Assembly (NCBI GenBank): GCA_963758525.1
Contig: CAVWVQ010000005.1
Span: 288,001-352,000, forward strand
Source: an uncultured Phycisphaerales bacterium
GTDB taxonomy: Bacteria; Planctomycetota; Phycisphaerae; Tepidisphaerales; Tepidisphaeraceae
DNA: 64,000 nucleotides
Direction: 5' to 3'
This document shows positions 52,134 to 59,982 of the stretch, piece after piece. A program made the position numbers and the translations under genes. A model generated the notes under the pieces. It worked only from the letters and a program-made list of their open reading frames with translations, did not search any database and was not told where the DNA came from. Within the stretch, counting starts at the first letter, position 1; the number at the start of each line of letters is the position of its first letter.

Positions 52134-52407
52134 TGTACGGGCATCGACTTTCCGCGACTGAAGGTAGGAACCATCAGTTGAAGGGTGTTCGCGCAGATTG
52201 TATGGGCTCGCTTCAACACACATCAGTTGCTCGTCTCCCAACGGGCTGTTGATTCGTGGCGGACCTCAATTCTCCGGGTGGAGCGGTACTCCAAACCGAA
52301 GAAAATTGGTCAGCGCCCCGGATTCATATTCGGTCATTTCGGATTGCAAGAGAGGTGGTTTTCCAAAAATTCCGTAGGGGAATTCCCTGCCGGGCTCCGC
52401 CAATCCG

Positions 52408-52695
52408 CTACTCTGCGTCGGGCGTTTGGCTCTGCTGTGTCCAACTGCGGCTCACGGGGGAGTTGGAGAGGGGAACCATCCTAAAATGATGTGCGCTAAA
52501 GGTTTGCATAACCGCGGTGGGGCCGGTCCAAACTGCGATCTGCAGTTGCTGGTTCCACAGGCGGGACTGCTGATCCTCGATCTGATGATGTAATTCCGTT
52601 TGCTGATGCGCCAGTTCGAGGCGTTGCTGACGAAGCTGTACCATCCCAACAGCAAGGATGAGTCCGCTTCCGAGACATACAAGGAGCTTGATCAT
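52408..52695 (-). CDS. ftsL: FtsL-like cell division protein
   Basis: 95 aa, single N-terminal TM followed by a Leu/Gln heptad coiled coil; lies between rsmH and ftsI. Confidence 0.65.
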   Translation of the reverse strand: MIKLLVCLGSGLILAVGMVQLRQQRLELAHQQTELHHQIEDQQSRLWNQQLQIAVWTGPTAVMQTFSAHHFRMVPLSNSPVSRSWTQQSQTPDAE

Positions 52696-52739
52696 GAGGG
52701 ATGAGACACCGATGGTTTGCGGACGTTTGGAACCGGCGT

Positions 52740-53654
52740 TTACTGCGCGGACGCAAGCGGTTTAGCAGGAAGACGGAGCTTCATGTTGGGGTGAATGCTG
52801 CCGTTTCCCTTTAACACATCAGCATTTAAGTCTTTGATTGCTGTCCAAGCGCTCCCGTTGCCGAGTTGATCGGCGGCGATGCTCCAAAGGCTGTCATTCT
52901 CCTTAACAGTATACCAGAACTGGGCTTGATCACTCGCTGCGGGGCTCGCAGCGACCGGCGCGGTCGGTGTCGCTGGGACTTGCGTAATTGGAAGGGGCTG
53001 CGCACCCGTCGGCTGGGCGTCAGCCGCGCTCCCGGGAATGATGTATGCCCGGCCGACGATGATTTTGTTCGGATTGGACTTTAATGACGGATTTGCATTC
53101 ACGATCAGGTCGCGATTGGCCTTGGTGTTCCCGCCGAGGAATCGTCCCGCGAGCCGGTTGAGCGTATCGCCAGCCTGTGCCGTATATTTGCGGGCAGTGT
53201 TCCCGCCGGCCGGGACGCTGGTGGAATCGGCGCCGGAGGCGCCGATGATCGGCTCGCCGTTGGCGCGAGCCACTTCCTGAAGCGACCCGGGCTGCCCAAC
53301 CTGGGAGGCGGGGCTGTCACCATTCTTGCCCGGCTCTGAGGGGACTTGAGTGACGGTAACCTGACGGATCTGAATCGGCGTGTTGTTGCCGCCAGGACCG
53401 ACTCGCACGATGCTTTGGCCTGGGTCGCTATGGGTGGAAACGGTATCGCGCGGGGTAATGTTTTGTGTGACGACGGTGATCGGCGGGGGGTCTGTCACCG
53501 GCGCCGCAACGCTGTCGCGCACGTTGCCGGCCGTGTTGGTCAGCGGAGCCGCGACCGGCTCGGTTGTCGAAGACATGTGGTCGGAGAGAAGGATTCCGAT
53601 CACGATGATGAACGCCAGCCCGACTAAGAGCCCGATTTTCGTTTCACGTGTCAT
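52740..53654 (-). CDS. Membrane-anchored protein with two LysM domains
   Basis: MTRETKIGLLVGLAFIIVIGILL anchor, Pro/Thr linker, YTAQAGDTLNRLA...NP and YTVKENDSLWSIA...LN...LRLP. Confidence 0.88.
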   Translation of the reverse strand: MTRETKIGLLVGLAFIIVIGILLSDHMSSTTEPVAAPLTNTAGNVRDSVAAPVTDPPPITVVTQNITPRDTVSTHSDPGQSIVRVGPGGNNTPIQIRQVTVTQVPSEPGKNGDSPASQVGQPGSLQEVARANGEPIIGASGADSTSVPAGGNTARKYTAQAGDTLNRLAGRFLGGNTKANRDLIVNANPSLKSNPNKIIVGRAYIIPGSAADAQPTGAQPLPITQVPATPTAPVAASPAASDQAQFWYTVKENDSLWSIAADQLGNGSAWTAIKDLNADVLKGNGSIHPNMKLRLPAKPLASAQ

Positions 53655-53717
53655 TGGCTACCTCGACAACAACGGCGCTTCGGTCGGCCGATGCAAGACC
53701 GGAGCAAAACGGCAGAA

Positions 53718-54671
53718 CTATGCAATCTTCTCGGCAACGCGGAGCTTGGCGGAGCGGGAGCGGGGATTGCGGTCGGATTCGAGCGGCGAAGGAGTGACGG
53801 GCTTTTTGGTAAGCACCTTCATCTGCCCGGTCTGCTCCGCCGACCGAAATGCCTGCTTGACCATCCGATCCTCCGTCGATTGAAAACTGATCACCGCCGC
53901 GCGTCCCCCGGTTCGCAACAGCGATGGTCCTGCCTTCAGCAGGGCCGCGAGGTTCTCACGTTCCCGGTTTACTGCCATGCGCAGGGCCAGAAACGTGCGG
54001 GTTGCCGGATCAATTCTCTGCGGGGCTCCGCCCCGCGCCGGTATTGCCGAGCGAACCAGCTCGGCTAACCGATCTGTAGTCGTAATCGGCGAGATGGCGC
54101 GGGCCTGTCCAATCTTTCTGGCGATTCTGCGTGAATAACGCTCCTGTGCCAGTTCATATAGGACGTTGGCCAAATCTGTCTCGGAGAGAAAATTCACCAG
54201 ATCGGCGGCGGATTTTTCGGTCCGCGAGTCGATGCGCATGTCCAACGGCATGGGCTGGCGGAACGACATCCCATATTCCGTTTCGAAGAGCTGGTTGGTG
54301 CTGATCCCCAAGTCTGCAAGAAATCCATCCAGCGCTTCGACGCCTGCGGCGGAGACGACATCCGGCAGTTCCGAAAAGTTGGCGTGAAAGAAACGGACCT
54401 GGCAGGGGGCGTCGCGGAGCCGGTCGCGGGCAAATTGCAGATTTCGCGCATCGGCGTCGATACAGAGCAGGGTGCCATTGGGCGCCAGCTGCCGTGCAAG
54501 GAGGAGCGAATGCCCGCCTCGGCCGGTGGTGCAGTCGGCGAAAATTTGACCGGGACGCGGGGCGGTCAGTTCGATCACTTCGCCGGCAAGCACCGGCTCG
54601 TGACCGTGCGGCGCCGCTTTGCTTTCAACGGTGAAAGGATTTTCGTTGTAATTATCGTTATCGTCTGCCAT
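53718..54671 (-). CDS. rsmH: 16S rRNA m4C1402 methyltransferase
   Basis: HEPVL, DCTTGRGGHS, HANFSEL, DLGISTNQL, PLDMRID, PATRTFLALRMAVN, ISFQSTEDRMVK, NPRSRSAKLR; ATG 54671. Confidence 0.95.
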   Translation of the reverse strand: MADDNDNYNENPFTVESKAAPHGHEPVLAGEVIELTAPRPGQIFADCTTGRGGHSLLLARQLAPNGTLLCIDADARNLQFARDRLRDAPCQVRFFHANFSELPDVVSAAGVEALDGFLADLGISTNQLFETEYGMSFRQPMPLDMRIDSRTEKSAADLVNFLSETDLANVLYELAQERYSRRIARKIGQARAISPITTTDRLAELVRSAIPARGGAPQRIDPATRTFLALRMAVNRERENLAALLKAGPSLLRTGGRAAVISFQSTEDRMVKQAFRSAEQTGQMKVLTKKPVTPSPLESDRNPRSRSAKLRVAEKIA

Positions 54672-54799
54672 AATGTGCGGGTTCGGTCGATGTTCGTGAG
54701 GCACTACACTCAGAAGACTGGTGGAGCGTTCCCAGACCTCCGCGATGGCAGCATTAGTGTAAGAGTAATCGACCGACGCTGACGTGAGCGTTTGCAATA

Positions 54800-55345
54800 G
54801 ATGCGCCGGAGTGATCCGGCGCAACTGATGCCGCGGCACAATTGCTCGCGGCATAAACGCAGAGCCGGGGCTCCGCCCCCAAGCGATCTCCCAGGATCGA
54901 AAGGCCCCATCCGTGGGGCGACTCCACGTGCACAAATGCCGAGGCGCGATCCGTCGCGCTTTAAACCACCGCAAGCCTGCCTTGGCTTTGCGTGCGCGGT
55001 TCCCGCTGGACGAAGCTGCGCGATCCATCGCGCGAGCTTCGTCAGCGGGCGCCAGGCGGTTTCGCGTGTGACCAGGGGCGGCTTCACAACCCAAACGCCG
55101 CTCCACGCCGCACTTTCCGCATGACCACTGCCGCATCCTTGCGGCATCACCGTTCCCCCAGCCTGCGATCCGGCATCCATGCCTTTCGCCCGGCGAGGTT
55201 GACGGGCGAGGCATCCTGCCAGCGGCCCGTCACCGGTGGATCATTCGGCAGAAACCTTTGCCGACCAATCCGTTCAATTGTTGAAGCCTGCCTTCCCTGG
55301 AAGTGGCTTCGACGGCAATCCTTCGCCGTCTCCTGAATGTCGTCC
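54800..55345 (-). ncRNA. Candidate CsrB/RsmZ-like structured RNA: array of hairpins with GGA loops
   Basis: At least nine stem-loops with GGA in the loop on the minus strand, e.g. TGCCGCA-AGGA-TGCGGCA (55129..55146), GCGCGA-TGGA-TCGCGC (55018..55033), GCGCGA-CGGA-TCGCGC (54944..54959), GCCCCA-CGGA-TGGGGC (54904..54919). Ends are approximate. Confidence 0.6.
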
Positions 55346-55366
55346 CACTGCCGCGGCCACGCCCGG

Positions 55367-55849
55367 TTACGAAATGCTTGAATCCGGGTTCGCGGGTCCG
55401 CTGCCTTTTCTCTTCTGATCCATTATTTCTTTACGTCTCTCATGCAGGTCGTCCAGGTGCGCGTTCCAGTCTGCTCGATTCCAAATCTCGCAATGATCTC
55501 GCGAGCCAATCACCGTCACCGCACTCTCCGTTCCAGTTCGTTTCCTCAACGTCTCGGGAAGCAAGACCCGGCACTGTTTGTCAACCGCGACCAAATGAGC
55601 CGTCGGAAAATTAAGATGGTCGAAATCGAGCGCGGCATCCGCAGCCAATAGCGCGGGTGTCTCCTGCTTGACGAGCTGCTCGTAGTACTTCTCGGGGTAG
55701 AGCCAGATTTTGTTATTTTGCCCGAGGATGACAAAGAGGTTGGCCTCCCGCTCCGGCACAATCGAATTGCGGATGGCAGAGGGAATGAGCATGCGGCTCT
55801 TTTCGTCAAGGCTGATGTCATAGGATCCAAAAAGTAAGCCGTAGGTCAC
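55367..55849 (-). CDS. mraZ: Division/cell wall cluster transcriptional regulator MraZ
   Basis: LFGSYDISLDEKSRMLIPS, VDKQCRVLLP, VIGSRDHCEIWN; upstream of rsmH. Confidence 0.92.
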   Translation of the reverse strand: MTYGLLFGSYDISLDEKSRMLIPSAIRNSIVPEREANLFVILGQNNKIWLYPEKYYEQLVKQETPALLAADAALDFDHLNFPTAHLVAVDKQCRVLLPETLRKRTGTESAVTVIGSRDHCEIWNRADWNAHLDDLHERRKEIMDQKRKGSGPANPDSSIS

Positions 55850-55876
55850 TGGGTTTCCGGTTGCCCTTCATCGACC

Positions 55877-55901
55877 AGCACTTTTTACCACAGAGACCCA
55901 C
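55877..55901 (-). promoter_or_regulatory. Putative MraZ operator (three GTGG-type boxes, 10-bp period)
   Basis: Minus strand GTGGG-tctct-GTGGT-aaaaa-GTGCT, ending 27 bp upstream of the mraZ start. Confidence 0.7.
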
Positions 55902-55977
55902 CGAAGCTAGAAAAAAATCGTGAGCTTCGAGAAAAACTTTAAAATCGGCTGAAACCAGCTGCGATTGAGGCTGAAGA

Positions 55978-55997
55978 GGTGGAGAAGCTGTGGATAA
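55978..55997. promoter_or_regulatory. DnaA box (perfect) with an adjacent degenerate box
   Basis: TGTGGATAA at 55989..55997 (reverse complement TTATCCACA); GGTGGAGAA at 55978..55986 has two mismatches. Confidence 0.55.
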
Positions 55998-56013
55998 GTT
56001 GGCGACAAGCATC

Positions 56014-56658
56014 TCACATCCATCGGGTCGAGTGCCGTCTGGCTCGTGATGCGCGAAATATAGCGAAAATAGCGAAGGAAGCAATTGGGGGAAGAAGTGG
56101 AGTGAAAAATCTAAAATTCGGCCCATCGGTGGCGATTTGAATCGCGTTCGTCATGGGGCCGGCAACAACTTGGGGCAGCGGACCGGCGATTTGCAGAAAT
56201 TCCAATCGCAAATAAACCAGCAAGCCTCCCCCAATGGACCACACGATCGCGATTACCCAGGAAATACTTCTCGTTGGCCGCGAGCGGAACGCCGACGCCG
56301 CCATGGCAACCGCAACGAGCCACAGATCGGCGTCAATTTCTCCGCGCACGGTCGCGCCCAATGGAGCCGAGCTGAGGGTCCCCGCGATCAGCGCGATTGG
56401 CCACCCCGCAAGTACCGCCATGGCCGCCTTTGTCCAGTCCTCCAGAACGGGCAGCACCGCGGCGGCGGTTGCAATCTGCACCGCGAGCATCAGCGCCAGC
56501 GCCAGCGATTCGCCCGCAGGCGGGAATCGCGCCCAAAGTGGAACGCGAAACGCCGCGAGCGCCACCGCCGCTAGTTGAGGAGCGAGCCATCCCGCCAGAA
56601 AAGCGGATCGGGCAGCAATCTGAGAATCGGAATTGCGATCGGGGGAAGCGAGGTCCAT
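56014..56658 (-). CDS. Hypothetical multi-pass membrane protein
   Basis: 214 aa with about six hydrophobic segments; co-oriented between ftsQ and mraZ. Confidence 0.7.
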   Translation of the reverse strand: MDLASPDRNSDSQIAARSAFLAGWLAPQLAAVALAAFRVPLWARFPPAGESLALALMLAVQIATAAAVLPVLEDWTKAAMAVLAGWPIALIAGTLSSAPLGATVRGEIDADLWLVAVAMAASAFRSRPTRSISWVIAIVWSIGGGLLVYLRLEFLQIAGPLPQVVAGPMTNAIQIATDGPNFRFFTPLLPPIASFAIFAIFRASRARRHSTRWM

Positions 56659-56722
56659 CGGCGTCGATGAATGTTACCGCCGATTGTCCAAGCTGGCGCT
56701 GACTGAATCTAACTGGCTGGGT

Positions 56723-57657
56723 CTAACCGCGGGCCGCCAGGGGTGTGGGATATCGTACACCTTCAAACCGCAGGTCAATCCACGGCTGGCGCATGTCAAC
56801 GCGCCCGAATTTCTCGTATACCTCTTTCAGCTCCGCAAGCTTTCGCTCCGGCCGAACTTCGATGAATGCGTCCCGGTCGCTGCGGCGCGCCCCCACAGAA
56901 TGCTCGTTCCGTAGCGTGTCATCAGTGCGATCTGAGTGGCGTCATGATTCAGCCGGCCGCCAAAGTTCGCGACGTCGATCTTGACGATGTCCTCCGTGTA
57001 AGCGCGATTGAACAACACTGCCGCCATCTCCAGCCCCGCGGCAAGATCAGCTCCGTCCCATTTCTTTCCCGCCTCAGGCGGCGGCGTGCGCACCCCGTCG
57101 ATAATCCGCAGGTTGATTCGGCCGTCCGCTCCCACCACTTCTCCCGGCATCTTCGCGGCCGAATATTGCTCGGGAAGCTTGCAGGCGTCGCGATCAACCA
57201 GCCAGTAGTATTGCCCCCACCGCACCCACGCCGCCGGGACCCGGAAATCACAGTCGAGTTCCAGCGTATCGCCGGGCTGATTCGTATAAGCGCGACGAAC
57301 TTCGTTGACTTGGGCGATCCACGGATCGGCTTCGAGCGCCTTGCGCGTGTCCTGCAGCATCTGACGATCAAACGCGGAATGGGCTCCCTTGGGGCGAGCC
57401 ACGTCCGCTATCTGTTCGACGACGTTGTCGCTCATCCATTGCGGGCGATTCTTGATGACCACAATCATCGAATCGGAAGTAATCGCGATGTCTCGCTCGA
57501 CGTGTAGTTTCAAACGATCCAGCCCGAACGCAGCGCCCCCCAGCAGGATGATCGCCAGCAGCATCTGCGCGAAAACACGCCGCACCTTCGCGGCGGTCTG
57601 CGCGGTCTTGGCGTTCCCCTTGGCGGGGGACTTAGGCTTACTATTCTGCGCCATCAA
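56723..57657 (-). CDS. ftsQ: FtsQ/DivIB-like cell division protein (frameshift near 56883)
   Basis: Basic N-tail, single TM, POTRA-like LEADPWIAQVNEVRR, FRVPAAWV, LVDRD; the shifted frame ends ...QPWIDLRFEGVRYP...* (IDLR motif); follows ddl. Confidence 0.75.
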
Positions 57658-57993
57658 TTTATTTATCGGACGGAAGGGGGGAGAACAGTAGGGGAGATCA
57701 ATTCAGCCAAATCATCTTGGTGTCTGGTCTGGCTTCGGCGAGTGAGCGATGGATCTCAGCGACTCATGAGCGCGGTATTCAGCACCTCGTTTGTCATTGC
57801 AGAGAGCTGCGTTAGACTTTTCCCCGCACAGGCAGCGGCGACATCGCCGAGCGGTGTGCTGGAGTCATGGAGGCGGCCGCGCATCAGACACAGCCAAGCC
57901 AAGTAAAATCGTCCGGAAGATGTGGAGCACCGGGCACGCATTTGCGCGAAATCGGCATGCGATCGCCGGGGTTTGATGGACTCATGTGGGGTC

Positions 57994-58904
57994 CTATGCC
58001 GCCGCGCGTTTCCGCTGATACGCTCTTCGCACCAGCAGATCGACTAGTGCCCCAAACTCAATGCCAGCATGCTTGGCTGCTTCGGGCAGCAGACTCTTTG
58101 GCGTGAATCCGGGAAGCGTGTTGATCTCCAGCAAAAACGGGTTGTGCTGCTTGTCCAGCATGATGTCGACCCGGGCCAGATCGCGTGCGCCGACTACCTC
58201 GTTCGCTTGGCGCACCAATTCCTGGCAGCGCTTCACGACAGCGTCCGGCAGACCGGTGTCGAAACGATGCTCGGTATCGCTGGCCTTGTACTTCGCTTCG
58301 AAGTCGAAAAACTCTCGCTTGGGCACAATGCGGATGGGGGCGAGCGGTCGTTCCTCCAGGAGGCCGACGGTCAGTTCGACGCCATCAATGAACTGTTCGA
58401 CGAGAACCGCATCATGCTTGGCAAGCAACTGTTTGATCGCCGCTTGCCCTGCGCCGGTTGCTCCGCAGGAGATTTGCAGAGAATCACGTCGATGCTGCTG
58501 CCGCTGCTGATCGCCTTGACGACGCATGACGTGGGCGCGTCGGGGAGAACGTCTCCGCGTTTCACGACACGGTAGGCCGGCGTCGGCAAATTTGCAGTTA
58601 CCCAGGCGCGTTTCGTGTCGACCTTGTTCATTCCCAGCCGCGAGGCTGCACTTCCGCTGCCGACGAAGGGAATCCCGTGTTGCTCGAGGATCTCCTGCAG
58701 TTCCCCGCTCTCGCCAAACTGTCCGTGCAGCACCGGAAACACGACGTCGGCAGGGTGATCGAGTCCAGAAAGGTCACCTGGGGAGACGTCGCTGCCGAAG
58801 ACGGTGTGTCCCATCGATCGCAATCCGTCGATGACCGCTTTCCCACTGACGAGGCTGACTTCACGTTCAACGCTGGGGCCGCCGTAGAGGACGGTGACGT
58901 TCAT
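57994..58904 (-). CDS. ddl: D-alanine--D-alanine ligase (frameshift near 58448)
   Basis: VLYGGPSVEREVSLVSG, FPVLHGQFGESG, GSS, VEQFIDGVELTVG, FFDFEAKY, ARVD, LEINTLPGFT. Confidence 0.95.
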
Positions 58905-58929
58905 TGGCGATTCCTTTCGCTTCAATCTT

Positions 58930-59053
58930 TCTCCCGGTACTCCGGGAGAGTGCTGGGGTCAGGGTGATTTCGGATGTCGCGCGCCGCTGAGACCTGGAAA
59001 TCACCCTTGCCCCAACCTTCTCCCCGACTACGGGAGCGGGGGTGAAGAGGGAA
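58930..59053. repeat. Inverted pair of CCCTCACCCC...CTCTCCC-type REP-like palindromes in the murB-ddl gap
   Basis: TCTCCCGG-TACT-CCGGGAGA hairpin at 58930..58949; 58944..58971 is imperfectly complementary to 58997..59024. Confidence 0.65.
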
Positions 59054-59063
59054 CAGACGTACT

Positions 59064-59978
59064 TCACGGCCAGATGCGCACTTCCGTTTCCAGATGCACC
59101 TGCTGCTTGTCGTACACTTTCTCCTGCACGATCTTGATCAGTTTCAGCACGTCATCTGACGTGCAGCCGGGATGCGCCACGATAAAGTTGGCATGCTTGG
59201 CGCTGACTTCCGCGCCGCCCACCCGCAAGCCCTTCAGCGCCGCCTGGTCGATCAGAGCACCGGCGCTGAGTCCGCGCGGATTCTTGAAGATGCACCCGGC
59301 ATTTTTCGTGTTGAGCGGCTGGGTGTTGCGCTTGAACATCCAGATCTGCTTGGTCCGCTCCATGATCGTGCGCGGCTCTTCCTCTTCGAGCTCGAGCGTT
59401 GCGCCGAGAATGAACGGCGCGGTGATGTTCGTCGAGCGATAATCGAACACCAGGTCATCCTTCATGCGCTCGAAAATGACACCGGCCGAGTCCATCACCT
59501 GCACGCGGGACACCACCGCGCCCAGGTCGCCGAATTTTCCGCCGGCATTCATGCGCACGCCGCCGCCGAGCGTTCCGGGAATCCCCGCCAGGCACTCGAT
59601 TCCCGCCAGTCCCTGCCGCACGGTGCGAAGCAGCAGCTTTTGCATGTCCACGCCGGCGCCTGCCTCGACCATGTTTCTGTCGTATCGGACGCGGCGCCAA
59701 TGTTCCGCGTCGAGCCGGAAGACGGCTCCATCGACGCCGTTGTCGCTCACCAGCAGATTCGCGCCCAGCCCCAGCACGTAAAAGCGAATCCCTTCCTCGC
59801 TGCAGCGCTGCGCCGCCTGCTGCAGTTCTTCAGGAGTGCGCGGCTGCAGGAACCAGCGCGCGGGCCCGCCGATGCGGTACCAGGTATGGGGAGCCAGCGT
59901 CTCGTTTTCCTTGACGATCTCCTCGAGCCCCGCGAACGGGTTGGGTCGTGCCAGGCGCATGCTCATCGTGGTGCTCAT
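59064..59978 (-). CDS. murB: UDP-N-acetylenolpyruvoylglucosamine reductase
   Basis: RIGGPA, LGLGANLLVSD, GIPGTLGGGVRMNAG, YRST, TQP, AGCIFKNP, VSAKHANFI, LETEV. Confidence 0.96.
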   Translation of the reverse strand: MSTTMSMRLARPNPFAGLEEIVKENETLAPHTWYRIGGPARWFLQPRTPEELQQAAQRCSEEGIRFYVLGLGANLLVSDNGVDGAVFRLDAEHWRRVRYDRNMVEAGAGVDMQKLLLRTVRQGLAGIECLAGIPGTLGGGVRMNAGGKFGDLGAVVSRVQVMDSAGVIFERMKDDLVFDYRSTNITAPFILGATLELEEEEPRTIMERTKQIWMFKRNTQPLNTKNAGCIFKNPRGLSAGALIDQAALKGLRVGGAEVSAKHANFIVAHPGCTSDDVLKLIKIVQEKVYDKQQVHLETEVRIWP

Positions 59979-59982
59979 CGGA

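Noticed and set aside
54672..55214. 181-codon in-frame upstream extension of rsmH (ORF 53718..55214)
   Set aside because: RsmH homology begins near HEPVL; the extension is Arg/Ala-rich with no protein-like pattern and coincides with the GGA hairpin array, which explains the region better.
57660..57990. Small ORF or structured RNA in the ddl-ftsQ gap
   Set aside because: Only a 61 aa ORF without recognisable features and no recurring hairpin pattern.
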